Of a stretch of 64,000 nt of DNA, positions 26,101 to 32,100 are shown piece by piece. This DNA is from an uncultured Clostridia bacterium (GTDB lineage: Bacteria > Bacillota > Clostridia > Christensenellales > UBA1242). The stretch is from contig CALWJZ010000001.1 in assembly GCA_944381145.1 (NCBI GenBank), positions 65,125 to 129,124 of the forward strand, written 5' to 3'. Every line of letters starts with the position of its first letter. Position 1 is the first letter of the stretch. The translations under genes were made by a program, and so were the position numbers. Under the pieces are notes generated by a model. It did not search any database and was not told the origin of the DNA. It saw nothing but the letters and a program-made list of their open reading frames with translations.

Positions 26101-29100
26101 ATCTAGTTTCTAATAATCAAGTCAATATAGATGGAACAATATATAATGTTTATAATAATATTCAAATATCATATGGAAGTGACTTTAATACGAAAGAGAA
26201 GACTATTACTCCAGGAGACTTTGTAAGTGATGGTAAGAGCATTATAATTGAAATTGACGAAGAAAGAGAAGGTAGCAGAATAGGAGTAATTGCTAGAAGA
26301 TTCTATGATGAAAATACAAATTCAATTAATATTCATTATTATGTAGTTGAAAATAATTTAATTGTAGATGCTTATTATATTAGCGAAGGCAATAAGATTT
26401 CATTTAATAATGAATTTATAAATGATTTAAATGGATTATATTTCCTTGTTAATTCAGAAGTTGAGAACAATGAATATGTTATTAATTTATATTTTGAATT
26501 AAATGAAAAAACTGCTGGCGAGTACGCATTCTACATGGTAGAAAAACTGTATGATGTAACATTAGATATCACTGATGTTTATAAAACTAGTGAAACTAGC
26601 ATAGTATTATTCAGAAATAGTGATTATACGCTATCTTCTACAGTAGTTTCAATTAAAAATAATAATGGAATTATTCAATACATGCTTGGTAATTCAGGAA
26701 CATATGTAAATTTGGATGAAACAGGAGTTTCAAACAAAGTTAATGTATTAGGTTTATCTTTGAAAGTTGATATTAGCATTAATAATGAACTTGTGCATAT
26801 CGTTAGTCAAATGCCAAATAATTACTATCCACGAATCGTTTCTACACCTATCGAAAAATATAGATTAACAGATGAAAGTGATAGCATCAAAGTTACAAAT
26901 ATTTTAGTTGGCGATGATTTAGACAATAAAGATTATAGTGGGGTAAAATATACTACTTATCAAGATATATCTACTGATGGAATTAGAACCAAAGGATATT
27001 TGTCATACGATTTAAATTTCAATACAACAACATACAAATCAAGTATGACTTATTATTATGACTATGGAATTCTAGGTCCTAATGACGAGAAAATGGTTAT
27101 TACACTAAATATGAAGAAAGATAATTATTCATATTTTGATCAATTAAATGTAACTACTAAAATTCCATCATACTATAGTAAGTATTTAAGTGGGTCAAGT
27201 TCTGAATCAATGTATTATAATAATTCAAAACCATTGAATTATACCGATTCTGAACTATTGACATTATTATCTAATTTCCAATTTGCGACAACAGATAGTA
27301 ATATAACTTCTGGAGAAGATGGTTTAACAAGGTCTACTGCATTTACAATTAATAATCCTTATAAACTAGCATGGTTATCACATATTTTAAATAATGATAT
27401 TAATGCAACTTATCAAGTAAATGGAATTGATTATTACTTCAAAAATGCATATTATAAAATTTCAAGTAATTTAGATATGTCTAATAAGTTTTGGTTACCA
27501 ATACCTGAATTTTCTGGAGTAATGTTTAGCAATAATACTGCTACAGATATTGGGTCAATCAATAACTTATTTATAGAATTATTATCAGAAAATGTTGAAG
27601 ACAATGTTTCATTTAATGTAGAGAACAAATCAGATTCTAATTATGTTGGATTTATATCAAAAGGTGTAAATGCTCAATTTATCGGGCTAAACTTTGAAAA
27701 TGCATATGTAAATACAGATATTTCGGTTTACACCGGTATATTAAATGGACTTTCTAACAATTGCTATTTTGATAGAATTAATATTGCTAATACTGAAATT
27801 ACTCAAATAGATACATCGAATACAACAGACAATTTGATTTCTCTTGGTGCAATATCAGGAAAAGCTAATTATATGTTTGTTGTTAATCAATCTGAAATTG
27901 TTCATGTTAAATTTAATGCAAATCACAACAATGTAAGTGCTACAATTGGTTTTAGTGATTACTTTGGAGAAATTTATAATACATATTCTTATGTAGAGCG
28001 TGGTAATGAATTGATAATATCTAATCCAACACTTAGATTTATAAATTCATTAAATGCAATTATAAAAAATTGTGTACATCATGTTTATAGTGGTGTAAAT
28101 GACAATGATAAATTATTCAATAATAATGATATATCTACTTACAAAGATATGAATTACATTATAGTAGACAATTCAGCAACTACTCAAGATTCTACAGCAA
28201 TTTCAAAGAATTCTGTAATAGAATCTAATTTGAGTAATTTGGATTTTGATAGAATATGGCAAATTAATGATTCAAATACAGAAAATATAGGATATGTAAG
28301 CCTAAAGAAATCAGTATTTGATATGCGAACATCTTCTATTTCACTTGCAACAGAAAGTGCTACTGATGTTGGCTCAAAATACAATCCATATTTAATTCAA
28401 TCTGTTGATGATTTTATATTGTTTGTAAATAACATGAATTCAAATAGTAACAATAACATTAGTAGTTATTATAAATTGACAACAGATATAAATTTAACTG
28501 GAAAGTATATTTATCCTATTGAAATATTTAATGCAAATCTTGATGGTGATAATCATATAATTTCAAATTTTTATATTTATTCTGATCAAGGTATTGAATT
28601 AAATGGAACTACTCACTATGATACATCTTTGATTCTTACAAACAATGGAAATCTTAGTAATTTGTTTATCAAAGATTTCTATATTGTAGGTTCTAACGCA
28701 GTTAATGAGTCAACTACTGCAGGATTTGTTGCAAGAAACAATGGAATTATAGAAAATATTTCATTTGTAGGAGATATTATTTCTAATGCAACATATACAT
28801 CTGGTGTTTTAGGATATAATTTAAGCACTAACGAATCTATGTTTGGAACAATAAATACAGTAATATCTGATGGTATTATTTTAGGTACATACTATACAGC
28901 AGGGGTTGTTGGATTTAGTGATACTTACTCTAAAAATGATATTTTAGCAAATTATTCTACAATTTTAGGCTATAAGAATTCAGCAGGTGTAATTGCTAAT
29001 GCTCAAACTACTGGTGTAATTAGTAATATGTACAATGTTGGAAAACTAATGTTTGGAGATGATGGTTCAGGTACACAAAGTTTATCTGGAGTAATAAATT

Positions 29101-32100
29101 CAAATTCAAATAATTCACTTTTAGTTTCAAATATTTATAATAGTGGAATAATTGAAGTTAAAAAAGATAATTCTGGATCAAATACATATGTAGCACCATT
29201 AATTGTGAATATGGGAACTGGCTCTGTCACTCTTAATAATGCAGTTTATTTAATTCCAGCAATAACTAGTACAGGGGATATTGATTATACTGTTGACTCA
29301 GGTATTATTGCTAACTCAAGTACAATAAATTCAGTTTCAGGTAAAAATAATTCAGAAATCATAAATATATCAAATACATTCTCTACAGATTTATGGAATT
29401 TTGTTCAAATATGGAGTGTATATTCTGATGTAAATAATGGACTTCCAGTGTTTAAACATTTCAATGATTACATTGTTAAGTTGCCTTTTGATAGTAATTA
29501 TCAATATATAAGTTCAGATAATTTACCAGATAAATACTTTACATATCAAAAACCAGAGATTTCAAAATATGTTGTTATAAGGGATACTATTTCTGGAGAA
29601 GATTATGTTATAGATATAGACACTTCGGGATTAATCATCACTGAAAATGGAATTTCAAATAATTTCATAACAATTAACGATGTTTATATCAATGATGATG
29701 GTACTATTTATATATATAAAGGTGCAACTGTAACACTTAGAGTTACTTCTGTGATTTATAGACATATAACTTCTATATCATTAAATCACAAAAATTCTGA
29801 AATAACATCGATTACAGAGAATTATACTAGAACTTCAGATGTTCATAATTCTGACGGTCAAAAATTAGGAGTTAAATTTGATATGTCTCCTAATGCAAAT
29901 ATTTTTGATATTTATGATCGTAATAGATTTGATTATTTCATTACAATAACAGAAGCTATTGATACATATGACATCTCTGCTGAAACTTCTGAAGTTACAA
30001 ATGATTCTGCTGTTAGCTTAATTGAAAACATAAGAATTTCAGAAAGTTTGGATAATAATGAAATAAGTGGAGAAAATCCAACGCTTACAAATATTCAACA
30101 TGGAAGCATTGTAAAAATAGAGTTAACATTAAATCAAAATATATTGAGTGCAGAAAATACAAATATAAGAATAGATAATTGGTTACTTGAAGTAGATAAT
30201 ACTCTTGATGATGGAAGTGGTTATAATTATTTAACTGAAGATAAAACAATAGTTAATAGTATTGCAAGTAGTCCAGATAATTATAGTTTAAATCAAAATT
30301 ATAATGTTGCTAATTATGAATCTTATAATACTGATGGTTCAAAAACAACTTATGAATATGATGTAGAAAATGGTAAATTTAATATTCAATTTGTTGCTAC
30401 TGCTGAGACAAGTGGAAATTATATAATTTCTCTTGTAAAACAATGGTTAGTTCAAATCAAATTTAGTATTAATATTGATATAGGTACAGATTATCCTATT
30501 GTATTTGTTAATGGACATGAAGTTAATTCTACTTTAGAAAATAATTCTGCTTACATATTTAATCAAAATATTTTGAGCAATGGTATGACACAGAGTTATA
30601 ATACTGAGTACTATAATTACAATGGATTAAATGCTGTTCCTACTACAAGTACACTTGATACAGGAATTTATTCATTGCTTTCTACACTTGAACAAGATTT
30701 TGAGTATAACATAGGAGAAAATCTAAAAACATTAGACTATGTTAATAATTCATTTATTGTTAAAATCTTTGTAGATAATGGTGCAAGTATAAACTTTAAT
30801 ACTTATTCCAAAGAAGTTTATACATTTACAGGCTTTACTACAAGTAATAGTCCAGTTCCTACTGAAAATGTATCAATGAATACAATAGATGTAGGTGGTG
30901 AAATTTTGGATTTACACACTTTCAGAGTTGATAATTTACAAAATTCTTATCATGGAACAAATATGGTTGTTGCAAACTATATTCCAAGTAAACATTATGT
31001 AAATACAATTGTTGATAATGGAAAAGATATAGATAGATTACAGCCTAATGGAACAGTTTCTGCTTATGCTGAAGTTCCAGCTGATCCTTATGAAACTATT
31101 ACTGGAACTAATATAACAAGTGAAGTGCGTCATGCTAGAAATTTGACAATAACTTTAACTCCAGATATTAGATATACTCTTGATAAATGTTGTGTAAGAT
31201 ATTATGTTTATAAAGATGTAGAAGATACAGATGGAAATATTACAAGAATGTATTATAATGAAGAATCTGATACTTGGACAGATGATAAATCAACAATAAA
31301 CGAAAATTATCTTCCAATGGTAAAACACTACGTATCTGGGTCACTAGCTGAAAATAGAACAACACTTGACATTGTAGAAAGTCCTTATGATGTATTGTCT
31401 AATGATATAGAAACGGGAGATATTAATTATAATTATGTTATTAATATAACTAATCTAGTTGGTAATATAGAAATTCATATTACTTACATTAGAGATTATT
31501 GGAATGATACTCCAACAAGTACAAGTTTAAGTGGTAGTGGAACATATAATGATCCTTATCAAATAACAAAAGCAAGTGATTGGGGGTACTTAGTTAATAC
31601 CTCAAATGCATCAAATAATTATTACAAAAATACTTATTTTGCTGTAATGAATGATATTGACTTTAATTCTAGATTTACACCTAGTCTTAATGAATTTAAT
31701 GGCTACATATACGGAAATGGATTTGTATTTAAAAATGTTTTACTTGATGGATATTTACAATTAGGTAATAATTTTAGACATGTAAGGGATATTTCGGATA
31801 CAGATACAAATTATGTACGAGGTATCGGAAATGATAGTTACTTCGGTTTAATAAATAATCTTCAAATTAATGGTAATATATCAGATATTACATTTGACAA
31901 TTTACAAATTTTAGGCAGTATAAGTAATTCATTAGATAGCGAATATTCTGCAATAATAGGATTAATTGCTAAAAACGAAGGTACTATTACAAATATTATT
32001 ATAAATAACAATTCAAAAATTGAAGTTTTATCTAACGATGAATTAAATTCTACAAGCAATAAGTTTGTATCAAATTTAGGTGCAATTTCAGGAACTAATA

